A DNA stretch of 64,000 nt from Eledone cirrhosa (taxonomy: Eukaryota), in NCBI GenBank assembly GCA_964016885.1, contig OZ024740.1, forward strand, positions 379,006,001 through 379,070,000, written 5' to 3'. The notes beneath the pieces are model-generated. The model was not told where the DNA came from. It did not search any database and saw nothing but the letters and a program-made list of their open reading frames with translations. The position numbers and the translations under genes were made by a program. Shown in pieces: positions 41,267 to 54,611 of this stretch. Positions within the stretch are counted from its first letter, which is position 1. Each line of letters begins with the position of its first letter.

Positions 41267-41333
41267 GGTGTTCCTGTGAGTGCACAGATGAAACTTTAGA
41301 GTAACAAATCTCACCCATAGCCATAATAAATGA

Positions 41334-41379
<46 letters not shown>

Positions 41380-41563
41380 AGAGAGAGAGATGAAGAAATT
41401 GTGTATAATACCAGTTTCTTACCAAATGCGAAGAAGTTCGATATATTAACCCTTTAGGATCGGGTACAGAGCCTAATTTTTTAAACTTATTTAAACGCTT
41501 ATGTCACTATAGAGAACTACGAATCCCTCTGGAGCTATGGGTCCATAACATACCGTGCCATGT

Positions 41564-41601
<38 letters not shown>

Positions 41602-41999
41602 GTAAATAAACACAGACACTCACACACACAGGTATATATTATTAATATATTTCATTCTATCCTATATTAAACAGTGTACGCATATTTTATATTGGCATTT
41701 TATGATTCTTAATAAAGTATTATTATATTTTATAACCATGAATTGTTATGCTAACGAGTTTTATTCTCTTTTCATTATGAGAATTATTTTATTGAATAAC
41801 AAATTAAATGTCCTAACACATACACACACGCACGTGAGCGCGTACACACACACACACACATGCACATAAATATGTATATACTTCGTTTTTGTTTTTGTTT
41901 TGCCAGATTTCTTATCTGAAAACGTGTGTCGTGACAGATATTGTTATACTTTGGGAGGTTCATGCTGCCAATAAACACACACACACATCTGTCAAGACG

Positions 42000-42560
42000 A
42001 GGGGGGAACTCCAGAGTGTCAATGATCATCCAATAGTGTGGACAGGTACTGTGTGTCTACATGTGTTTAATTGTATATGTATTTTTGTGCTCGAAAGGGT
42101 AGGCTGGTCTCTTGTTTCATTAAGACAACCAGCATAGGAGATGGAAAACTCACTTTCGTAAAGCCTGTGATTAGGGCATCATCTGACATGTGGTACCCGT
42201 GATATATCTCCTGTCCTATCACATGACTATTTCTCAAAATTTCTCTGCACGTCAATTTCTATGTGTGCTTTCCTCTGCAGGTATAACTTGCGCCCTTCGT
42301 CATGTATTGTTCGAGTTAGATTTAGTACATAGAATTCTATGCACGTAAGATGTATTCTCAGCTTAATACCCCAAGGATAGTGTTTGACTACCTTGTCAAA
42401 CACTGTCACCCTGGATAGACCAACAGTATCGTTGGTAGGGGTCGAAACTGGTTATGTTCATTTCGGCGATGGGTGATCACAGAAATTTGTACCTGTTGCC
42501 AATATAGTAATATAACCTGGGACGCTCGCGGCACCTCCCTCCTTTCTTTTGTTAAATATA
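42000..42560 (-). pseudogene. Possible highly decayed Ty3/Gypsy pol fragment
   Basis: Frameshifted SPMLVVLMKQ...QLN...IIDTL resembles the start of Gypsy RT; weak. Confidence 0.35.
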
Positions 42561-42711
42561 GAAATACCTTCGACATGACTAGTGAAGTAGAAGTCAATTC
42601 TATATGAAATAAATTTGTTCCTTTTGTCTTGAGGTATTGAGTGCCTTCTATTTTTTCTTTCGTACCTCTTCAGAAATCTATTGTAACTTACATGAATATA
42701 TGTATATATGT

Positions 42712-45700
42712 CATCATCACTCGTCGACTACTGTCGAGATGATGGATCTCACTCTCATGCCCCAGAATCCCCTGTCCCCCATCGCTGCCTCCAGGTCCTG
42801 TCTGCTGATTCCCGTATCCCTAGAGATAACGTCAGGGAATGACAGCTTCCTACTCCTAGTCAGGCTGGAGTCAGGGTTCCAGAGCAAGAGAGCGGATATG
42901 ATTTCATTGCTGGCACGGTGACAGTGGCCAGCAAATTGAGCTCTCCGGGATTTTAGAAGGGCAGAGGCTCGAGGGAGTTTGCCATACATTTTAGACAAGG
43001 TGGGGTGTCGTTTCCAGGATAGGTTTTGCACTCTCATTAAGAGGCGGGTATATATTGCCATCCAATCTCCTCTCAAGTTGTGATGTTAGTGTCCAAGTTT
43101 CAGATCCATAAAGTAATATGGGCTTAATGGTTGCTTGGAATATTTCCAGTTTTAGCTTGTTGGTAAGTTGAGATGTCCATATGGCGTGCATGTCATTGCA
43201 CGCTGACCATGCCATACCCTTCCTGGTTAGAAAATCTTTTTTGGAGGAGGAGATATATGAGCCAAGATACTTGTAATCGTCCACCTGCTTAAGGGTGGTA
43301 CCATTGGGCTGTTTGCGCATCTGTTCACACACTCAGTCTTGGATTCGTTGAGGTACAGTCCAACACAGTTGGACGCTTGCTCTAATGACTTCAAAAGACT
43401 CTCAGCATTTTCCAGTGACCGACTGATCAATGCGATGTCGTCAGCAAAGTCGGTGTCGGTCAAGTATTTTGCTGGGTAGCGTGAGCTTCTCCTAGGCTGT
43501 AGTTGGTATCCCCTATCCTGAATCCTATCCACAGACATGCGCAAAACATAATCCACAACAATGATAAATAGATATGAAGCAAGGGTATCGCCCTGTAAAA
43601 TTCCAGCGAGGATTGAGAAAGGTGGTGTTTCCCCATCTGGGGTCAGGACAGTTGATTTGGTATCTGTATACATTACACGTATGGCCGCGATGATTTTATC
43701 AGGAATCCCATAGAGTTGTAGAATTTCAAACATCCCCGACCTGTCAACTGAGTCGAAGGCTTTCGAAAAATCAACAAAGATGAGTGCAAGGTCTGGATTG
43801 CGGTTTTGGGACTCCTCTATAAGCCGGCGAAGGCAGAGAATCTGGCTAAGTGTTGATCTACCTCTCCTAAATCCATTCTGGTTGTTACGAAGGATTGGCT
43901 CAAGAAATGGGATTAAGCGGTTAAGAAGAAGCTTGTTGTATATTTTTGCAGCAATTGCCATGAGAGAAATTCCTCTATAGTTGGTGGCTAAAGAAAGATC
44001 TCCTTTTTGGGGCATGGGGATAATTTGAGCTGCATGCCAGACGCTAGGTGGTTTATTGGTCTCGAAAGTATGGTTACATAAGTTGAGCAAAAGGATGTGG
44101 AAATGCTCAGCCTTCCAAATCAGGGTAGGTATATTATCCGGCCCAAAGGCTTTTGAGGCTTTGAGCTGTTTGATGGTTTCTTTGAGCTCAGGCATGGTGA
44201 AAGGAGAGGTGTTGATTCCTAAAGGCTCTGAAACCTGAACGGATGGCAGTTGATAGTTATCAGGGAGTCTGGCCTTTTTCCCTAGAAGGTTTTTAAAATG
44301 AGCAGACCAATTTTCAAGACGCTTTTTGGCAGAGCCTCCCTTGATTCTAACTGCAGAGTTTGAGTTTTTGCCTGAAAGATCTTTGACAACCTTCCAAGCA
44401 AGATGATGGTGTTTGCTGATGTGATGTTGCGATAGCTAATCAATCCTACCTGAGATATAGTCGGCTTCAGCATTAAGATAAGCGTCGTCTAGTGATTTTT
44501 TGGCCATGGTAAGCTGTTCTTTTTCCCTTGAGATGGTGATTGATGGTGAGATTGAGATATTGACCTAAGATGGGCCCTTGCCTCAACTACCTTCTCTGAG
44601 GCACTAGGTTTCATTTGGCTTCGGCTTTTCTTTTTAGGTAGGGTGGCAAGTGCAACTTCCTCTGTTGATTGCTTAAGACAGTCATACACATCCTCAATAT
44701 TATCGTCATTGATGTCAGAAGTTGAGAGAGATTGAAATCTGTTATAGACTTGAAGCGTGAAGCTATTGGATAGTCGTTTGTTGGAAGAAACGGCTTTCCA
44801 GTCTATTCTTTTCATGGGATGAGGTTCGGCCCTCTTGGATATCCTGAGGTTAAGTTTGATTGTTGCCGAGATGACTCGATGATCTGAGCCAACAGAGCTA
44901 AATGAGGAATAAGATCTAGAATCTTTGATTGAGTTTCTCCATTTCTTGCGAAATATCAAATAGTCAATCTGAGCTCGTTTTTGGTTTGGGTATTCGAAGG
45001 TCCAAAGCCGGCCTCTGGTCTTCATGAAGCTGTTGTTTGAGCTGAATAGACTGAATTTTTCCATGAAGTCCTTGAGATATTCCCCGTTTCGATTAGTAAC
45101 CCTATTGTATGTGAACTTTACTTCATCCGGGCCAAGTTGAGCGTTGAGGTCTCCAGCGATGATAAGAAAGTTGTGTAAGGGTACTTGCTCAACAACTGTG
45201 CGAAGGGTCGTGTAGAATTCTCTTACCTCATCCTCAGGAGAGGCGTTATGAGGACTGTATGCACATATCGCAGTGGATCTAGGATTGCCCTCTAGTGTAA
45301 GCACCAACATTCTGGGAGAGATTGTTTCAATCCCCAGAAGATTATTGCTGGCTTTAGATGAGAGAAGGCAGCCGATTCCTCCGACGGAGGCATTGACAGG
45401 GTTCTTGGTGGCTGAAGAGGTGACAAGTTGGGAGGATCCTAGGGTGTGATACTTGAGATCATCCTTTGGGTGGAAAAAGCGGTGTTCTTGGACCGCAAGG
45501 ATGTCAATGTTCTGAAGTTTGGCATCCTCTGCCAGCTCCTGGAGTCTACCTGTTGGAAGGAGGGTTCTGGTGTTCAAGGAGCTAACTATTATTTGCTTTT
45601 TACAGCTAACCAAGCGAGATTTGCTTGTTGTTTGGTTAGGACCTGTTTCTTCTCCATCAGATGAACCCCGTCCCTTGAGATTTGAGAATTCATCATCATT

Positions 45701-46344
45701 CGATGCCTTTGTAGGTGCATTATGATCAGAAACAGGACCTGGGAAAGCAGGGGCTGGACATATATCAACAGGTATACCATATAGTGTGGTTCCCTGAGGA
45801 ACAGGAACCCTGGTGCAGTTAGTTGTGAAATCCATCATCTTTTCAAATAGCTAATAATGTGTGTGGGCGCCACTACTACACACATGTGAAAGAATTTGAC
45901 AGCCAAGTCTTGAAGAAGGTGCTTTCTCTCCGTGTGGTGGGTTACCCGGCGCCAGATACAAACCTGGCATTTATACCCTCGCCCTAATTGTTCGTGTTGC
46001 AAGCACTAGAGTAGTCGCTAACCAAAGCTACGGACCCACTCTATCCGTCTGGAGATACGTTGTACTAGCTTACCAGCATACTAGTAGCAGGAAGTAGACT
46101 TTTCCGGCACTGCAGCGCCTTTCGGCGGGCCGTGCTGGTTTTGGATGGCCATTGACTCCAAGAGCTCTTAAGAGCTCCCAGGGGTTCCTTTGACAGGTTT
46201 TATTTTTAGTCCTGCAGGATGTCCAAAGTCACCCTCCTCACCAAGAAACCTTAGTGGGTTGCCAGTTTAGTCGCCAACGACCCGACCATGAGACAGGTTG
46301 TACTGGGACACATGTTACCAGTAGCACCAACTGGTGACCTGACC
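42712..46344 (-). mobile_element. Full-length RTE-clade LINE (3.6 kb)
   Basis: 12-bp TSD ATGTATATATGT at 42700-42711 and 46345-46356; about 500-nt 5' UTR; single APE-RT ORF; (TGA)n tail. Confidence 0.95.
42717..45838 (-). pseudogene. APE endonuclease-reverse transcriptase polyprotein, disrupted by about 3 frameshifts and 1 stop
   Basis: APE motifs DILAVQEHR, GDLNA, QIDY, SDHRV (44489-45838); RT motifs NYRGISL, FVDFSKAFDSV, GILQGDTL, FADD, YKYLGS (42991-44195). Confidence 0.93.
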
Positions 46345-46435
46345 ATGTATATATGTACACACACGCACACACTCGCATATATATATATATATCGTAAAAT
46401 AAAAGTCAAATGTTTAAAATTTAGCTTCGTTTATT

Positions 46436-46492
46436 ACTGCTATATATATATTTCGGTGACAGCCATCATTGGCTGTGACCTCTTCAGGCAAT
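46436..46492 (-). ncRNA. Type I hammerhead ribozyme, fully canonical
   Basis: ATTGC-CTGAAGA-GGTcACAGCCA(atga)TGGCTGTcACC-GAAA-TATATATA-TA-GCAGT. Confidence 0.85.
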
Positions 46493-46643
46493 CCGTATTA
46501 GTGTGGTGTAGACAAGTACATATGTTGTTGAGGTGTATAATTTTGTCAATACTCTGATATGCCCAGTTCCTGGTTGGGTTGTTATTTCACTGAGGAACTG
46601 GAATCATATATATATATATATATAAATGTAAGTATGCACACGT

Positions 46644-46674
<31 letters not shown>

Positions 46675-46809
46675 CACACATACATATATACATACACACA
46701 TATATTATACATACACACACATATATACATATGTATATGTATATATGTGTGTACGTGTGCATACTTACATTTATGTATCAACTGCGCTAGGGCGATAAAT
46801 AAAATTCTA

Positions 46810-46867
<58 letters not shown>

Positions 46868-46999
46868 TAGAGAGAGAAGGGGGGGGGGGGTAGTCTTAAT
46901 TCGTTCGAAGCTGTGATTTACTCTGTTACAACCCGGAGTTTCCGGCTATGTGTAATGGTTCCAGCTAGAAAAAATAAGATTGGAAAATGTTCATCTCGT

Positions 47000-49240
47000 G
47001 TAGAAGCTTATGTAGCGAGGAACTCTGATACTATTTTAATATAACATTAATGCCTAAGGATCTCATATTATTTTCTCACGTTAATGTTTTTTATTTTATT
47101 AATAAACAAATTAAATTTCAATATGCGGTTTGGCGTAAGCATGTTTTGATATCATACATAAAGTCTCTACTGAAATATATATATATATTAATTGTTACTC
47201 GTATTCATCAGTAACACTTCTTTTGGTATAATTCTCAAGAAAGTGATTCATTTTTTTTGACTTGAGGTTTCTTTTGGAGTTTACCAATAAAATATCTTCC
47301 ATGGCTAATTTTGCAGTTTTATTTAGGAATTTTCTAAATAATATTATTTCTATCTAGTTTTGTTTCGTATTATAATATGCTGTAATGTTTCATTGTTACA
47401 GATGCATTCTCGACTGACAAGAAATGCACTTGTGTATTCGTTGTAACAGTTTGAGCCATGAAGTTTACAGCATTCATATTTATTTTGAATATTACATTGG
47501 GTTTTTGAAGTACGTCTTGTGTCCTGCGAGGCTTGTAGTTTCATGTACATGAGAAGATTTTAAATCCTAGCATTTTTGTAATATAATTGTTGTTAGATAT
47601 GATTCACTTTGTGTTCTCTTTCAGGAGTTTCTTAATGGCATGTATTTCATATAACTAGTGTGCATTTGTTTCATATGATATATATGTCATTTGCATCTAG
47701 CTGTGCCCCAATATCTTTGGATACAATGTGTCTTCTAGCCAAGTTATACGCTATTGTAGGAAGTGAATATTTTTACGGAGGTTGTAAATAAACTTTTAGA
47801 TATGGTAGGAATAGAAAGAGAAAATTCTGATACGGCACTTTCGTAGTCCCTTGGCGCTAATAGTGAGATTTTGTGAAAATTTAGGGTGATTTATAGTTTG
47901 CAATTGAGAAACATTGATTTCGAAATTTAAGGTTGTAAAATCTTAGCGTATTTAAGAAAGATCCCCCAATTTTTGTTATATGTGTGTGTGTGTGGTGGTG
48001 GTGGTGGTGGTGGTGGTGGTGGGTCAGTTTGCTTTGGAAAGCGTAAGGACTGAATTTAATTTATTCTTAATATTATTTATCAGCTTGAGATCTCAGTAAA
48101 TATGCTATATTTGGCATGGAGTAGTAGTTTTTGTAAAAGTAAGGGATGTGTAATTTTATATTGAAACTTGAGAAACTTAAACTGATGACCTTTAAAATTT
48201 AGCTTTGTTTAGGTGTAATACAATTCTATAAACTTTTGTTAGTCTTTTGGCATGATCGTTACTTGACCGGACGACATCAGTTAGTGGTGATACTGTGCTG
48301 ACACACTTTCTCTGCGTTCGCTGTACGATCCAGATGAGTAAGTCATGTTTCGTTAATTTTTTGCTCTTCCTTGATTACATGGTTAAATATTTCATACTTG
48401 TAGATTCGTGTATATTTTATCTAATCTTAATTGTGGTTTACATTCGAGTGTGTATATTATGTTTATTTTATATTAATAATTACACTGAGATTTATAACTT
48501 TAGAGTCGCCTTTTGTTATAGTATTTTCTGATATCATATTTATATTTTTCATCATTGATTCATTTCGCTTATTTCATTTTGCTAAACTGGATATTTTCTT
48601 TATTCCTATTTTGATTTTTAGGTTATGGAGTAGGAACTAGATTTCTTGTATTCTTCATGTTGTTTATCGTTTCGCTCATTTCTTCAATAGTTCAGTATTT
48701 TTTTTTTTATTATGTTGTGAAAATTGGGCCTCCCGATACGTGACAACACGTCATCTTGGTGGATAGTTTGAGAGTTTAAGGTTAAGGATATACGGGAAAG
48801 GGTGAGGCAAGTCCTATTACGTAATGGGGATTTAGTCGCTTCAGATATTAATAGATATTGTTTAATGTCTATTCTTATACAGAAACTGCGTAATTTGACG
48901 GCTGCAGTTTGAAAACGTCCGTCTCCCCCATACTCATATTTAGAGTGGGTTAGTGGTTTAAAAATATGAATGATGTCTGAGATAGGGATTATGGAGTATG
49001 TCTTAGTTCTAGTATAGACATTTAGTTCGTGATTGACTTTGTTTTTACAAATGAATTTTTTACGAGTTGGGAATCCAATGATCTTATCCACTTATGTCTT
49101 GTTTATGGTTGGCTTTGTCTTCTGAGTGTATTATTTACCTATAGGACATTCGATGTTTGCTTTGCATTTGTTTTGAGTGTCCTCGTTCGGTTTTGTGTGT
49201 TTGACGGTCCTACTTGCTTGTTTGCATATATATATATAAG
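47000..49240 (-). mobile_element. Heavily decayed Penelope-like element
   Basis: A-rich broken ORFs (48684-49091, 47350-47550); IAYNLARR resembles the PLE post-RT motif; a same-strand HHR lies immediately upstream. Confidence 0.55.
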
Positions 49241-49266
49241 TAGTTCCACTACAGTTAGTTCACCAT

Positions 49267-49309
49267 ACCGAGAACAAATGTTTCACCTTATGCGGATCCT
49301 CAGCTCGGT
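49267..49309 (-). ncRNA. Minimal hammerhead ribozyme
   Basis: ACCGAG-CTGAGGA-tCC(gcataa)GGt-GAAA-CATTTG-TT-CTCGGT with a perfect 6-bp stem I. Confidence 0.8.
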
Positions 49310-49330
49310 TTGAATGAAGTTGTACACACT

Positions 49331-49393
<63 letters not shown>

Positions 49394-49616
49394 AGTGTAT
49401 ATATATGTGTATGTATAGTTGGAGCAATAACGGGCTTATTTATTTATATATTATATATATAGATATATATACGTTAGAACATCAGATAGAATGCTTTACG
49501 GTATTCGTTCCGCTCTCTGAATTTAAATGCTGCTGAGGTCAACTTTGCCTTGCATTCTGTCGAGGTCGATATAAAAGTACCTGCGTAGTACTGGAGTCTT
49601 ATCTTCCTTGTATATA

Positions 49617-49712
49617 ATTGTTTCTATTTTTGACACAAGGCCACCAATTATCCCAGTGCATTACTGGTCCTTTATTTTATCGACCCTGTAAGGATGAAAG
49701 GCAAAGTTAACC
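49617..49712 (-). mobile_element. SINE family A, truncated
   Basis: 3' half only; abuts a CA-rich segment at about 49715. Confidence 0.85.
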
Positions 49713-50259
49713 TTAGCACAGCACCGCACCCTTTCATCTCGCAACACGCATAGCCCTACCACACCCACACCTTCACCTTCACCTCACCGCATACACGCCA
49801 CAATGTCTATGATAAGCCCAAACACTACACCCCCGCAACTCACACCAACCATCGCTCCGCACCACCACCTCGTCATTATGTTCACCCCCCACCCACACAC
49901 CTATCACACATGCTAAAACATTGCTCATACCAAAACCACCAATCAAAACAACAAGAACTGACCCCCATGTGACTGAGAACCGCTTCAGACATCCCTATGC
50001 CTTATATGTTCATTCTCTCATTGCCTCAGCAGAGATCCGACGGGCTTTTGATTCAGAATCGGGCCAGATCGATATAGGTCGAACCTTGAGCTGAACAATA
50101 TCGAAACGCGCGTCACTACTCAATAAACGTAATGAAGACATAACAGTTCGTCCTTTTACTATTATATTTACACTCTGTTTAGTTCTACACCTCGTTACAG
50201 ACGGGAAACTACGCATCGAGTGTTCACTCGGGCGAACCTACAGTAACTGCACGTTACAC

Positions 50260-50370
<111 letters not shown>

Positions 50371-50394
50371 ATATATATATATATATATATAATA

Positions 50395-50681
50395 TAAGAT
50401 CAAAAGATGGTTAAAAGAGTTCCATGTATTTTATTATGCGCATTTCAAAAACAAATATCATCATGAGATGACATTTGCGTTTTCGTCAGATAAAATAGGG
50501 ATACATGATATGAAGGTTAAAAAACACTTGTGAATAGTGAAGTTTTAAATCAACATATCAACATGGAACTCTTTAACCATCTTTTGATGTTATATTATTT
50601 ATACTCCAGTCCTACAAACTGTAGAGTGCTACTTATCCGATATCTGCATTGCTTTATTGTACTACAATAAAACTCACCTCC

Positions 50682-50683
<2 letters not shown>
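50395..50683 (-). mobile_element. Non-coding HHR-bearing fold-back cassette in (TA)n (sibling of 34967-35284)
   Basis: Reverse-complement homology across the whole unit, including the GGAGGTGAGTTTTATTGTAG end. Confidence 0.8.
50427..50497 (-). ncRNA. Type I hammerhead ribozyme, canonical core
   Basis: TATTTTAT-CTGACGA-AAACGCAAATGTCATC(tcat)GATGATATTTGTTTTT-GAAA-TGCGCA-TA-ATAAAATA. Confidence 0.85.
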
Positions 50684-50767
<84 letters not shown>

Positions 50768-51400
50768 TACCACGAGTTTGCCAGTTACGTAAGTCTGATA
50801 TTTGATTTCGGATTCATAGAAACACTTTAAACGTGTAACATTTGATTTGTCCAGGTGTATTTTTCTCAACCTGTTTGTTCTTTCGTTACTTTGGTATAGT
50901 GTGTGTTAGATTTTGCCTACCACAATGTTCAATTTGTCAAGCTATTTAAAGGTATGTTATTACTCTGAGGACCTACCTTGTCGAGTGATTTGCTAACTCA
51001 TTCTCCTAGTAGGCCGAATTTGCTTGCACACAGCCAGAGATTCGAATTTACTAAATATCCAATTATATTATTTTCTCCTAGATTTAATAATTAACTAATT
51101 AATTTAATTAGACAATTCTGTTGATTGGTTAATTATTTGTGTTTGTTTAATAACATCTGGTCGGGAGCTTATTCTGATGGTTAGCGGAAATTAATATTTC
51201 TTTTGTCTAACATTTTGAATGACCCGCCAAAAACCGGGGTTGTTTCCCTTGCTGGAAATAACACGTGACAACTATATATACGATATGATGCACCTAGCGG
51301 TAACATTTAGCTTCTCCCCGAATTTGGCCGAATTTGCTTGTACACCGCCAGAGATTCGATTTTACTAAATATCCAGTTCTGTATATATATATATATATAA

Positions 51401-51434
<34 letters not shown>

Positions 51435-51641
51435 TGGTAGCTAGGATGCTTCCATAGGCGGTATGCCGGTTGAGCACTCTATGTTCTTACAGAGCAGAGT
51501 ATGATATAATAGAAAACGAAAAATCAGTGATGCATCTTAACTCAATTTAGTGTGTGTTACAGTTGTTTCGCCGGCGGACAGCTCGAGACGAGATCATTGT
51601 GTGGATCTGTCTGATTCTGGGCCCGCAGGTTCGACGAACAC

Positions 51642-51682
51642 GTCTGATGATTTCGGAGCATATGCTCCGAAATCACTGTAAC
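51642..51682 (+). ncRNA. Hammerhead-like motif within inverted repeat 51508-51729
   Basis: GT-CTGATGA-tttcGGAGC(atat)GCTCC-GAAA-TCACTG-TA-AC; stem I is weak. Confidence 0.5.
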
Positions 51683-51754
51683 ACAATAAATTGAGTTCAG
51701 ATGCTTCACTGATTTTTCGTTTTCTATTATATATATATATATGTATATATATGA

Positions 51755-51799
<45 letters not shown>

Positions 51800-51802
51800 C
51801 AC

Positions 51803-52038
<236 letters not shown>

Positions 52039-52069
52039 CGTTTCTGAAATATATATATATCCAAAGTAT

Positions 52070-52107
<38 letters not shown>

Positions 52108-52504
52108 ACATTCACGCAAATAAATACAAGCGAACCAGTTATGGTTCGTTTTATTGATCTATACAATATAAGTTGCATATCTTATATATTTACATACGTG
52201 CTAACCGCACGTACTCACTGACACAGGCATAAGCTGATGCAAACACACACATGTGCATGCGGACACACATACACGCTTCTATGACGTGTGCACACAGAAG
52301 AAACCCAGTTACAATTTGCATTATCGATCTATACACTAGGTTGCCTGTGTAGCTGTATATTCGTTGGTTTTTGTTTACATAAAACAACCAAAACGTATTG
52401 TTGCGCAAAAAAGGTTACATATTCAGGTATTTCTTCGATGTATTTAGGATTTCATGTATCATTGTAATATAAAATCGAATTACCTTGTCACCCGGGATAA
52501 ACTT

Positions 52505-52540
<36 letters not shown>

Positions 52541-52550
52541 TGAGAATCCA

Positions 52551-52583
<33 letters not shown>

Positions 52584-52956
52584 AAGGTAAAATATATAGC
52601 TGAAATATAGAGAATTATATATGATAGGATGTAATTGGCAAGTAGTTTCAGAATTAGCTCAATGTGTTTATTTATATATTATTGGTCTGAAGAAAATGTA
52701 GATGTTTTAGGGAGAAAAAGTTGGAAAGGTGGACATAAACACAGCAAATATAATTAAATATATAGATGGAAAAAATAGCTTTTAAATTATTTTAAATGAT
52801 TAAAAAGCAAATTTTTCCATCTTCATATTTAATTACACACAAACACATACACTTGCACCCCCCCCCCATATATATATATATATATACATACATACATACA
52901 TACATACATACATACATACATACATACATGCATATATATATATATATTTCCATTTT

Positions 52957-53005
<49 letters not shown>

Positions 53006-53389
53006 GCACACCTGTCCAATTACGTGTGTGTGTGTGTCAGCGTACATACATACATTCTCTCTATAAAAAGTAAATATTTATATCTATAACTATATCTGAA
53101 TTTTTTTGTATATATAAATATATAAGATATATATATATACAAAAAAAATTTATTTATATGTATACCATGTATGTATATGCTGACACAACGTTAAGAAATG
53201 TTATAGGGAACCCGACACACACGTATTGCATTCTTCTTATGGTGCACGTGCCTACAAAAAGAAATGCTAATATCATCCCCTTATCATCATGGTCAATGCC
53301 CCCCCCCCCCATCCTCAGCATCATCACCATCAACACTACTGGCACAAGAACATGTACTGTAAACAATACCGTCACTATCAGTGGCCTTT

Positions 53390-54571
53390 ACGTAGCCGAT
53401 CAACCTGCTAGAAATAGTTGCCAAATTTTCCTTAAGCCTTACTTTACTTATACTAATACACTTTTATAACACGTCCAGGAAAAAAAAAGATCTGATGGTC
53501 ACGACTGAAATGATTTTTGTTAGATCTATTTGATCTAAGCTGACCTGGGGTCAAACAACATCAATAAACCAATGTTCAGCCTGCTAGAAATAGGTGCAAA
53601 ATTTCCCTCTAATCACACCTTCATAAGATAGTGTAGTCTTTAAGAAAACACTGAAAAATCGTAGCTGGATAAACTTTGATCATATGCCTACTCAAACACA
53701 ACTGACCTAGGGCTAAACAGGAACATCGCAATTATTATCATTATTATCGTCCTCTTCACGGTAACCGCTAACAACATCACCAACAATAACAACAATATTT
53801 CGACGCCCTGCTCTCACCATCTAAACACTACCTTCATCATAATGAATATCGATGTAGTTGTGTTAATTGCATTCGTCATTATATTATCGTTGCTTAGGGC
53901 GTGGATTGGCTGTATCGGTAGAGTCGGACACCATGCTTTGCAGCAGAGAGTTACGGTCCTTGCCATTCTGAGTTCAAATCCCACCGAGGTTAACTTTGCC
54001 TTTCATCCTTACAGGGGCGATAAAATAAAGCACCAGTAACGTACTGGAGTCGATTTAATCGACTTTCCCCTCCCTTAAAATTGCTGGCCTTGTGCCTATA
54101 CAAGAAATCATTATCTTATCGTTGCTTATAATCATCATCTTGTTGTTGTCGTGGTAGATATTGTTGATTTGTTGTTGATGTCATGTTGTTACTGATTTGG
54201 TCGTCATTGATTTAGTTGTTCTTTTGCCCCTGGTCAAGAAGACAGACATATGACGTAAAGACATTCTTGTAAGTGGCCACCCGAACAAATGACTGCATTA
54301 TCCAAGATGCCCTATTTTCTTCTTTTTTTTTTTTCAAAGACTGAGGTGGGTTGTGATTTGAAGGAGATTTAGCTGTTATGTCTAGCATGTTGCACAACAA
54401 CGTAGAAGTGCAGTACAACAGCTGTACAGGTTGACGAAATCGCAATATTTAGTCACGACGTTGGCTTTTATTAATTTTTAGCTTTGTTGTAGATTTTTAT
54501 TTTTCAGATATAGTGTTTATATTAATTACTTTTCGTGTCTTTCGTGTATATATATATGTATATATATATAT

Positions 54572-54611
<40 letters not shown>

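Noticed and set aside
46215-46344. HDV-like ribozyme at the RTE 5' end
   Set aside because: A P1-like helix GGTCACC/GGTGACT with a G-U first pair exists, but I could not place a canonical P3/L3, P1.1 or P2.
50030-50122. Hammerhead near GAAACGCGCGTC
   Set aside because: The stem III/GUC half is typical, but there is no convincing CUGANGA core or stem I; at best a decayed copy, so not counted.
50789-50845. Hammerhead CTGATAT...GAAA-CAC..GTG-TA
   Set aside because: Core positions 8-9 are wrong and stem I is only 2 bp; too degenerate to call.
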